A stretch of DNA of 64,000 nucleotides, from contig OZ286477.1 of NCBI GenBank assembly GCA_965644265.1, positions 56,854,001 to 56,918,000 of the forward strand, written 5' to 3'. Origin of the DNA: Glycera tridactyla. Lineage: Eukaryota. The notes below the pieces were generated by a model, which saw only the letters and a list, made by a program, of their open reading frames with translations, was not told the origin of the DNA and did not search any database. Of this stretch, positions 35,210-47,200 are shown in pieces; the first letter of the stretch is position 1, and the number at the start of each line of letters is the position of its first letter. The translations under genes and the position numbers were made by a program.

Positions 35210-38200
35210 ACATCTAGTCCCTTGTGTAAGCACAGCCGGCTCTTGTGATGAAAGGCATCAGTACAACATCAACCTCCAGGAATAGACCTCACATGGCGAA
35301 TCAGCTGAACGTCGAGCATACCTCTGATGCAGGCCCACACTTCTGATGCAGGCCAATAGGATGCTGGTCGTTTCATAAGTTTGCCTTACGAATTGGATTC
35401 ATAATCATCAACACTGATTGGCTGATTTTATCTCCATGATGATAATATACAGTCAAACTTGTCAACACAGACCACCCATGGTTGCAACAAAAAGTGGTCT
35501 TTAGGGCCAGGTGATCTTTACGGTGAGGTTGTTTCAGGGATGTGATTGGCTCACAACCAAAAACACTGTAAACCTGACCTGAGGCGCTTTTCACAAAGAT
35601 TTTGTGGAGCAAGAAATCCTCACAATTGCTAACTAACGAATACTATAGAGTTGCATATAAACTATGCGCTCTATCTTCACTAATTCTTGTCCGATTTCCG
35701 TGATCTCAAATCCAAAACAATCAGCATACAATGCTCTTTTCTGTCGTATTCATGGATTGCTGCATTTCTGATGAAAAAAAGGATGGAAATCAGTAGAACA
35801 ATCACATCCATGGTCTATACATTCAGCAGGTCATTCTTTTAGCCAACCAAATGAAAGCCATGTGCTGTGCATTGATTATCATAATAATCATACCTAAGAG
35901 GTCAGAATTTCTGAAGATTGAATGCAGAAGCAGAAAAACATACTGTAGAGGATGGATGGGTAAAACAGTTCATCATGGTGCAGAAATGGAAGGGTTGACA
36001 AGTGTCCTAAAGGTCATCACCTCATGTGACTCTGCTGGTCAGTTCACAGCAGCTAACCAGACACATAAAGGCTTGCCCTCGGCATATGCTAGCTCGGGCA
36101 GTCCATTGTGGCAACCTGTACGTCATAATCTACATAGGATTGAGAGCCATCAGTGACCAGAATATCCCAATTATACCTTCTATATCCCCGCTCCCACATA
36201 AAATTGATTTCTCTCACTCATACTTAAGGATGATTAGCTGCATTCACCCAAGTGATGAAAATATAGATGTCAGGGTTCTAAATTAACTTTTTCGGCTGTC
36301 CCTCAGGCAAGTGAAGTGGGATTTTCACCTGCCCTCTTGCAGAGAATCATAGTTCAAATAGATGCCAGCTTCTTGAGAAAAAAATACCTCAATGAGGAAG
36401 CCCCGCAGAAATACCTTTTTCTAGTTATGTGGTAAAAACTACACTGGCTATCAATTTACTAATTTGGCTGTCTGAAATCTGTACAGGTCTGCAAAGATAG
36501 TAAATTTCACAGATCAGGACTCTATGCACAGAGCCGCCCCACTGGCACACGCAGGCAGATTTGTTGTTATGGCAGGCGCCTGGCCAATGGGCAGGTACTC
36601 TACCATTATTCAAGTCAAGGGTTATGCAGAAAGGTAGGTGAAAATGACAGGGCAGACAAGTCAAAATTCCACTTCATCTGCCCAAAGGACAGCTGAAGAA
36701 AAAAGCTAACATGGAACCCTGCATATTTGGGTTCATGGATTTTCTGGATAAACCCCAAATGTGTGCCAACAATGTGGTTAGCTGCATGTGGATGTGAGTG
36801 GTTCTTCTGAAATCTGGATAAAGGCCTGAAGAACGGTACTAGTGCATAAAGCCCAAATTAAACTAATCAAAGTTTGGAATGCTAACTCCCTTCTGTTATC
36901 TGCCAGCAGCCAATCTTTTTGGCAGGTAGGTCTGCTGCCCTGGCAATTCACCTTTGCAATGTTTGGTTTCCATGGCAACATACAGTATGATAGCCATCAA
37001 CAGACAGATGTCAGTGATTTCTGAAAGCACATGCCAAGATCAGCTTCACACAAATCAACCGTTGCCTGACCTATGATGGCTTCCAGTGGCAGTACCTCAC
37101 ACTCACATTTTATCCTCTGCTCAGGCTTTTAGCCAGCCATGAGCCCTTGAGCCATTTGGGCTTGAACTTTTTGGTTTAGGGTGATGAAAATCTGCCTGGC
37201 AGGATGAAATTCATGAGCAAAGAAATTATTGATCATGATGAGTTCTACAAGATACCAGCTGCAAACACAGTAAAACAAGAACTCCTGAAAGAAGGCATGA
37301 TTGATCAAGTAATTTGACTGAATATCGATGATGTCATTTTCGTCCATACAAATGGTTTATGTGAATTCTCAAATTTATAGAGCATTTGGGCATATGGATT
37401 TTCTCATGGACACCTAATATATATTTTCTTAAACAAGGCACTCGATTGACACTACTGTATGTAATCAATTGGTATCTGGGCAACCTATACCAAGGAATTT
37501 GCAAAATTCAGAAAAATGTAAGTTTCCTAGCACAGACACTGTTATACCTGGATCAATAGTAATTATCCCACAATAAACATTTGATGGGTAGCAAGGTGAA
37601 TACACACCCTGACTGGAGTCTTGCCAAACATACCATGAATTCATCAGTATTTATAAATAGCTTATTTCCTTGTAGGGATTCATGAACCCCAGCTCTCTCC
37701 CAATATGTGTACAGTAAAACCTGTCTTGGGAGACCGCCCCAAAAGCCAGGGAAAAGTGGTCTCTCAAGACTGGTGGTCTCTCATTTGAGGTATATTTGAC
37801 TATGTCAAATAGAAAAGAGCTGATAAAGAGTGGTCTCCCATTAGAGGTTGGTCTCCCAAAAGAGGGGTCTTCCAAGACAGGTTTCATTGTACTCATTTAC
37901 CTCATGTAATTGACCATTAGAATCAAGCCTGGAGTCAAGTTGGCCCCTGCTGCCCTGATCGATATATATGATGGGGTGAATTCAACAGCAGGTTCCCTGG
38001 AATGTACCCCATAGTGTTATGACAATTCAAGAAGAAATCAAATTAATCAATCAAAATGGGCTTTATTCTAATATTCTCATTGTTGATTGTATTTCATAGA
38101 AGAAACTAGCAGGGATGTGATTGGCTCACAACCCAAAACACTGAAAACCTGACCGGGAGCACTTCTACCAAGATTTTGTTGGTCAACAAACACAAGCAAC

Positions 38201-41200
38201 TGGTGACTGAAGACTATTAGAACTCCATACAAACATTGTGCTCTATCTCCACTAATACTGGTCCGATTTTCATGATCTAAGAGGCAAAATAATCCTGCTG
38301 CCATGAGCATGTCTTACTGGTTCGGAGCAAAAACACGGAAATCCGCGGAACAATCACATCCGTGAACTAGTCACAGAGATGCCAACTTTTCATGGCACAA
38401 ATTCCTAATGATTAGGCTAAAACTCCTAATGATGATGCGAAAATTCTTAATCTCGGCAGTGAAAATTCCTAATGAAAATTCCTAATGACTGCATAGCAGT
38501 GAAAATGTGAGTTCATGAGCATGGGGTGCATTCTTTCACACAAAAATATAACCGGTAATCAAAAGTGATAATTCTAGGGATATATCTGAAACAGAGATGC
38601 CAATTTTTACAGAATTCCATGGAGTAATGTACTGTACCACACGGCATTTGTGACGCGATTGGCGGCACAATGTAGTATGATTCACAAGCAATTTTTACCA
38701 ATTCAATAAATGACAAGCTGTTCATCACCATACATTGCCCTTTGAAAACAACATATCCATTTAACACACACCTAATTCAAATATGGTAGCAATCCATGGG
38801 GCAATATAATGGAGTTGATAGTAAATACTCCAAAGATATGGGGGGATTCGGCCAACCCGCATTTTGAAAAGGGGTTGAAGACAACAAATGTGCCGCAATT
38901 AGGCCACTTCCTATGCTGCTAATGTCAAGTAATCTCTACTTAACATGTGATGAAAAAAGACTAGGTGAAAATCCAAAGAAATGACAAGTTCACCATTGAG
39001 ATTAGGGATCAGTCATTCTTGTGCAAATATCCGATAAGAGTGGGAAAATGAAAATTTATTTATGTGAAATCCAGATGAGGGACAAAAAACATGTCTAACA
39101 AGCACTACAGGATTCTTGCACCTTCAGCAGACCTGCCAATATCCAAGCACATGTTTAGGAAGCACATTTTGTTTGTATCCTGGGTCATATTCATCCTATC
39201 GGAAGAAAAATACATCACCAGACTCAGTGGAATTACAGTGTTTCAAATCATCAATAATTATGAATGAAAATTCAATAATTATGAAAAAATGTGGTTGCTG
39301 TTCAATGCCCCACTACAGTCATTAAGTGATGTGTTGACATTAGGAGGAGCCCCCATAAACATCTTCCACTAGGAGCCCCTCTCACAAATTACCTATCGTT
39401 AGTTGTATTCACAGTTGGTATAATGCCTACTACCAGTTGACTACAGCATAACCAAATGGTGCTACTGTGTGCCTAACATTATGACCCAAAAATAGAATAG
39501 CAAGACAAGGTACCTTTCTCCTTTCATATAAAAGCGTAATAATTTGAGACCAGATCGTAATGGCGTAATATCAAGGTGAAAATCGTAATCATTACGCCAA
39601 AATCGTTGGCATCTCTGTAGTCATTTTCACTGTCCATGATTAAAAGGAGGAAGAGGTGAGCCTGTTGACCCAAAGGCTGAAGATATTGGCTGAAAAAGTG
39701 GAAGTGGGGCCAAGCACAAATGCACACCAACAATCTGAAGGCAGGGCTGCTAAGGGCTGCCCAACTGGCACAGGCAGGCAGATTTGATGTTAGGGCAGCT
39801 GAGATCAGTCTGCCTGCCCGATGGGCAGGTACCTAACCATTATTCAGTCAATACAGGAGGGCAGGTGAAAGGACAGCCAAAGAAAAGAGTTAGTGTAGAG
39901 CCCTGGAAAGTCTACCATATCCACATCAGAAGGTGGCAATCTGGTGGAATTAACATTGGTGTCATACAGTTGATTCAAACAAGCAAGTATCAGTCATTTA
40001 CTTCCCTAGGTTCTTTGTTAACGTTTGAAAGAGGGTGCTGGCTGGCAAGCCACAGTGAACACACACAAAACATCACACTCTGTGACTCCAGTACCTTGTC
40101 CAGTATCATGTTAGGTAATGTATATGGTTGCTACGGTTGCATAAGTAAAGGAACATGCACGCATACATGCACATGCACATGCACATGCACATGCACACTG
40201 GCTCATATTTCAGATCATCGTTATCAGACTATGAATGATCTTGAATACCCATTTTTTTTCTTAATTCTGATCTGAGATCAGCTGACAACTCGCAGGGTGA
40301 GGAAACAGCCTTCCAGCAGTCTCAGGTTGGTAGCTTTAGATGACATGTAGGCCCTATACCTGTTGCCATGGACCAAGAAACCCCAACAACTGCTAACTAA
40401 TGGCTGATATAACTGCATATAAACACTAACACTCTATCTACACTACCGGGTAATTCCGGTTCGTATTTCCACTGATTCCAATCAAATTTTCATGATTTAA
40501 AATCCAAAATAATCAGCATGAAATGCTCTTTCTCTAAGATGGATTGCAGCATTTGAGATCGAAAACCAGGAAATCTGCGGAACAATCTCATCCCTGGAAT
40601 GAAACATAATGAATCTATTAAGTGGCAGGGTTCGAAATTAACACTAGCCAACTAGCAATTTTCTGGTCCAATTGACATATCTGCTAGTGTGTCTTGTGAG
40701 CTCTAGCAAATATTTGCTTGTGATATTTCAGTGTTGTCGAAATCTAGTTTTCGTAAAGTCCGTCGACAGACTCACTGGACAAGGTGTCCCGAGGAGAAAA
40801 AACACTCCGAAATCATGCCAAATGTGACCAACCTTGTCAAGAAACTCATGAATACTACTTCGCAAATGTTTATTTCTTCTGGCGGCAGCCATCTCCTCAG
40901 ACAATGAACCTTATTCCATGACAGATCAAGTTGTTCAAACATGATAGAGGGAATCCCGGGTTGTAGGATATGGTACTAGTGCTACAGTAGTGGTGCTAGT
41001 CAAAGAACATAATATTCTTCTGTGGCTAGTTGGTTTTTCAATTCTGCTAGTGTGGAAAAAATCCACTAGCATTTTTTCGGCTAGCTGGTTTTTGATTCTG
41101 CTAGTGAGGTAAAATCCACTAGCAATTGTTTGCTAGTGCCCAAAAAAGTTAAGCCCGTACCCTGAGTGGGCAGGCTGAATTTGGAGAGGGGGCAGGTAGT

Positions 41201-44200
41201 ACTCAAATCCATCTACCCACTGGGCCGATTGTTCTCAATGTTAAAGCTATCAAAAACAAAATAGTCTTGCTACTGCCAAGAAGGGTTATATTGATCGGGA
41301 AATCTTAGAGCCGTAAGATATCAGGGTTTCCTGAGTTCACCCGCGATTCCGAGGTAACATGTTACATAAGGGTGAGGTAGAGTTCAAGATGTGGGTCGAC
41401 TGTATAGTTATTCATCAACTGTCACGAGGTAGAAGTTTTTCCACTCCAGTTGATAACAGGTCGATGTCAGTGTGCATGCGTATGTGTGTATCTATGTGTT
41501 ACTCGGCGGCGTATCAAACAAAAACAAAGAGCATAATCATGGGTCAAGCATCTCCTTGTGATCCTTCTAACTCAATACAATGGTATCCTCAGGGTGTGAA
41601 GAGAAGTAGGCAGATCAATTCTCAAATTCACATGTCCGATAGACAGGTGGCAAATGATGATAAATGCATGTGAACATATAATATGGTGGCTGAATTCAAA
41701 GGGGCAGGTAGATCTGAAATGTACCAGCCCACTGGGCAGGTGGATATCTTTTGTCTTCACTGGTGAACTTTAACTCCCTGTCAATAGCTGCTGAATTTCT
41801 GGTCTTTCCTGTGTCAATCCACAGGCATGCAGTAAGCTTCAAAAAGTATAAAGATCAGGAGCATGCTGAATGCTATGCACCAATAAGTACCGTATTTCCG
41901 GGTGTTTCATAGACCCATATAAACAAATTGGAATGTGAATACAGCTCAAACAACATCTAGTATACAAATTAAAACAAACACGAACAATTGGTGTCAAGAC
42001 ATCGAACCACAGAAATTCCAGCAAATAAACCATCAGTGCTAAGATGTGACAGTGGTAAGTGACCACCAGTATTCAAGGTTTGATTTTGGCCAAGCAAAAG
42101 CCAGCTACGAGTAGTTCTGAAATGTGACCGCAACTTTGGGGCCCCTGGCCGTACCTATTGTACACATGAAGCCAAAAGCACTAGCTTTGAAACTTTCAGC
42201 CGGATTTTAATAACTTCTGGAAGTCGAATTTTGTAATAGATTTCCCGAATTCTGGAAATATCCTTTGTACCAAAGGAAATTTCACCTAAAAGGAGTTTTC
42301 AAAAATGGTGTCTCTATAGAGGGAATTTCCTCTCATGGAACGACACTTTCCTGCATTACTTCCGATTTCACTATGGGGAGACTCCTGTGTTATCTAGATG
42401 AAATGAGTACTGTATCATGGATGTCAAGCAATGGCGTCAGTGATAATCCGCGACGGAAACTAGACCTTGACTTCTTTATTGCATCAGCCAACGAATCCAT
42501 GCATGTGGTACTCAAATTAATACGAAGATGACCACCATCAGCCCATATGGTACTACAGATCAGGGCTCTACATTAACGTTTTTCTTCAGCTGCGCATTGG
42601 TAAGGTGAAGTAGAATTTTCAACCCCCCCCCCCCGATCATTTTCAACCCCTCCTGCATATAATCATAAACTAAACTGATAATCGTTAGGTGCCTGCCCAT
42701 CTGGCAGGTGCAGGGCAGTGTTGGCTCTGAGGTATGGTTGAAGTGAGACATTCGTCTCGCCACTATTCAAAATGTGAGAAAATTTACACAAATATGAAAC
42801 AAATGTTACAAGTGTTTGCTCTGGGGTCTGACTGAAGTGAGACATTTGTCTTGAGCAACCCTTTTCAAAATGTGAGACATTACATTCAAATGTGAGACAA
42901 ATCTCTCACAATCTCCCCTGATCTCCAACAATAGCAGGGTTCCACTTTTACCCCCTGGCAACCAGAGTTTGAAGCACACACTTGATCACACCATGATTAT
43001 GATACCACATGGTTTGAGCCCCCCCCCCCCCCCCAGGGATTAGAGATTATAGAATGAGTAGTAACAATTAATCAGCACACTGGGGAGTATCAATTACCAC
43101 ACACACAGAGTACTATTCACATGAGATTATGACACAGGTGTCTCAATGATGTCCAGGACATATGTCACATTATGTGATACAGCTGGCTGTAGTTGATTGA
43201 ATTGTTCCAGTCACCTCAAGGATCTTTGGCTAGTTTCACTAGGGTATGGTTCACACGAAATAAGTGACCACCAGTATTCAAGGTTTGATTTTGGCCAAGC
43301 AAAAGCCAGCTACGAGTACATGTAGTTCTGAAATGTGACCGCAACTTTGGGGCCCCATGCACGTACCTATTGTACACATGAAGCCAATTTCACTATGGGG
43401 AGACTCCTGTGTTATCTAGATGAAATGAGTACTGTATCATGGATGTCAAGCAATGGCGTCAGTGATAATCCGCAACGGAAACTAGCCTTGACTTCTTCAT
43501 TGCATCAGCCAACTAATCCACGCACGTAGTACTCCTAATTAATACGAAGGTGACCACCATCAGCCCATATGGTACTACAGATCAGAGTTCTACATTAACC
43601 TTTTTCTTCAGCTGCCCTTTGGTAAGGTGAAGTACAATTTTCACCCCCCCCCCCCCCCCCCCCCTCCGATCATTTTCACCCCCTCCTGCATATAATCATA
43701 AACTAAACTAATAATTGTTAGGTGCCCGCCCATCTGGCAGGTGCAGGGCAGTGTTGGCTCTGAGGTATGGTTGAAGTGAGACATTCGTCTTGCCACTATT
43801 CAAAATGTGAGAAAATTTACACAAATATGAAACAAATGTTACAAGTGTTTGCTCTGGGGTCTGACTGAAGTGAGACATTTGTCTTGAGCAACCCTTTTCA
43901 AAATGTGAGACATTACAATCAAATGTGAGACAAATCTCTCACAATCTCCCCTGATCTCCAACACTGGCAGGGCTCTACATTGCTACCCATAGGTAGCCAA
44001 TGGCTACTGAATTTACCTCCTGATCACACCATGATTATGATACCAAATGGTTCGAGCCCCCCCCCCCCCCCCCCCACCCCGCCAAGGGATTAGAGATTAA
44101 AGAATGTGTTGTACCAATTAACCAGCCCACTGGGGAGTATTAATTACCACACACAGAGAGTACTATTCACATGAGATTATGACACAGGTGTCTCAATGAT

Positions 44201-47200
44201 GTCCAGGACATATGTCACATTATGTGATACAGCTGGCTGTAGTTGATTGAATTGTTCCGGTCACCTCAAGGATCTTTGGCTAGTTTCACTAGGGTATGGT
44301 TCACACGAAATCACTTTCAAACTTCCTGTTGCCACACAAGCTGTGCCAAATTTCCTGAAGACTTTCTATTTGGAAAAACCTACAAACCAACATCATAAGC
44401 TCCAGGCAGTTCTGCAGCTAAATCACTGGTAATTGTGAGACCTACATAGGTTGGCCTACATGTTTCCATACCTATCATTATTGCAGTGTTCACAAACCTA
44501 TCACATGTCTGACATGTCAAGAGAATTCTCATGCGTCAAACACAATGTAGAATCCTGTCTGACAAATTTTCAAATGGGATGAACCAAATCCAGTAAACAG
44601 CAAGTGAAAATGTCAGACGTAAAATGCAAAATGACGTACAGAGGGCAAATCTATGTCTGACATGGCTGAAGACTTACCAATTGCTATCATTGTGTCTGAA
44701 AAGTGTTGACCTAATTGTACTCTAGATATGGCTCCCAGCAGCCTGTGAGGTAACACTGGTGGATAATGTCATAACCACCATGGATCACATGTACCAGACA
44801 CGTGTCTGTGCGTACAAAACAGATCAGTAGCCAATAGAGTGCGTCAGCGACACGACACGTGAAGAACTGGCATCTGATAAGTGATACTGTTTGCTCTGAC
44901 TCTTGTCAGGGTGGGGACAGTTGTCCCATCTACTTTCAAAATCAGAGAGAATATCCTTGGAACAGGGGATACAGACTTTGGATATCTGAAATCAATAGCT
45001 CATGTGCCTCCTATTTTCTCACAAAAATCGATTGAATAAAGATCAATTGACATCCCAGGCAAGTTGCATAGTAAAGTGTGGAACCAAAAGGCCACCAGCT
45101 GTGTGAAACTGACACTCCTTACCACCAGGGTTATAATGGTAACTGCCTGTACCTGAAATGCTGATCACAGTCCCGAATAAATTTGAAGATGGGGTACATA
45201 TTCTCCACACAATTGAGCTTCCGATTTATAATGTAGACATCATCAGGTGCAGCTATGTGTGGATCCTTGATTCAGACTTGATATAATATCATGATTGTGC
45301 AGTGCCAAATTTATTCAAAATTTTCAGGTGCTACAGATATCCATTCGGGCGACCAGAGCACAAGATCTCGTGGCCAGACAGGCAACAAAGTTTCTAGGGA
45401 TCAGTTTGAATCCTGAGAGAGGAGTTGTATACTCTCATATGTAGCTAATGTAGTCATGAGAAATAATTGTTTTATTACACATGGTGACTTCAAAACAGAT
45501 TTCCATAACTCAATAAGTCCAAAATTGAAGTATCATGTCAAGTCAAGACATCTCATCATGATTTTGGCTAACACATTAGTGAATTGGCTAAAATGAATGG
45601 CCACATTGGTCAAATTAGCTTCAGGAAATAGTGTGTCAGTGCCAATGCAGACATGTTGGCAATCTCTGAATTCAGTCATGAAATCCTCCAATATCACAGA
45701 AGTGGCTTCTCAATAGGAACTGGGCCTCTATGTAGGCCAAAATATTTGTGAGCCAGCTGCCCCCCCCCCCCCCCCCCCCCCATCGTATCAAATGTCGGTA
45801 GCAAGTCAGTACATCAGTAGCAAGTCAGCACATCGGCAATTACAGCCTCTGAGTTTTAGGGGCTGTGGTTGGCTACAAAATTCTGAAATATGGTCACCAG
45901 ATGGTGAATTTGGTACCCACACGTAGCAACATAGTGCCCTAGGAACCTAAGATGAACCAGTTTGCACCCGCATCATATTTGGTATCAGGATACACATCCT
46001 AGCCCTAAGGACATCCTATAATTCATGTAGTGTATGTAACCATCACCCACATGATCATGTCCCAAGTTTTTGACAGCACTCAGTACATGTATCACCACCA
46101 GAATTGGTGCTGCAGTGAAAACTGCCAAGAGACTGTCACCATCTCCAATGGGAGACAGGTTTTCCAGGGCAGCTTTTCGGTGACATTAATGGTGGTCTCT
46201 CATCGCAGGTGTCACTGCAGTTGTTAGCCAGGGGTTGATGTACTTCCCTCACATGGCTAAGGGAATTGTATAGTATTTAGCAACACTGTCTAAAAGAAAT
46301 TAGATGGAAGTGAATGCTGATGGGAATTATATCAGCCCTCCCCCTATATATATATATATATATATAATATATAAAACTCATGCAGTCATGAGAAATGCAT
46401 GTTTGATGGTGTCTGCAAAACAAATTCCTCCTGTCCGGAGCTCAATATACACCAGTTTGAAAAGTTAACAAATGCGAAATTCACACCTTCTCACAATGCT
46501 TTTGGCCAAAGCATGACTACTTGGTGATTTGGCTAAAAACATGATGACTGCTTTGTATTGTATCGTTCTACTGCCAACATAGTAGTGTTGGAAATCGGTT
46601 TCATGTTCCCAATCGATTATCGGTTAAGGCCAACCAACCGATGATTGGTTACAATTGGTTGGCGCTCGCGATCATTCTGGTCCCCGTTCTAACCGCTAGA
46701 TGTCGAAATGATCAGTGCGCCACACACCCCCATCCGGCCGCTCGGTCAAGAACTGATCGAGCACGTAGCGCCATCGCCTCACGACAGTCTTTTTTGGAAC
46801 TATCGGACTGTCAATAACCAAAGTGGCGGCAGCATGTTTGATTCCCTGGCCACTGATGAATAAAACCAATTTTCACAGGGTTTCACCTTAATTTCGACCA
46901 CAAGTTCATTGATATATAATGTGCGTTTCCTTCCTATGTTTGTGCAATTATTCCGATTAAATTGATTGTCGAATTTCGAGAGTAAGCGCTTGGTTTGGCG
47001 ATGTCAACGACCAATCATCGAGTATATTCCATCATCAACCCACCACTGAATCACAGGACCTGCTGGACGATCTAGACGGTCAAATCACAAGCTACTGAGG
47101 GGCCCATCCCTCCCTAAGTCCCTGATAACCATGTCCTTGTGAATTACAGTAAAACCTGTCTTAAGTGAAAAGTCACGGGACCAAATTTTTCTTCCACTTA

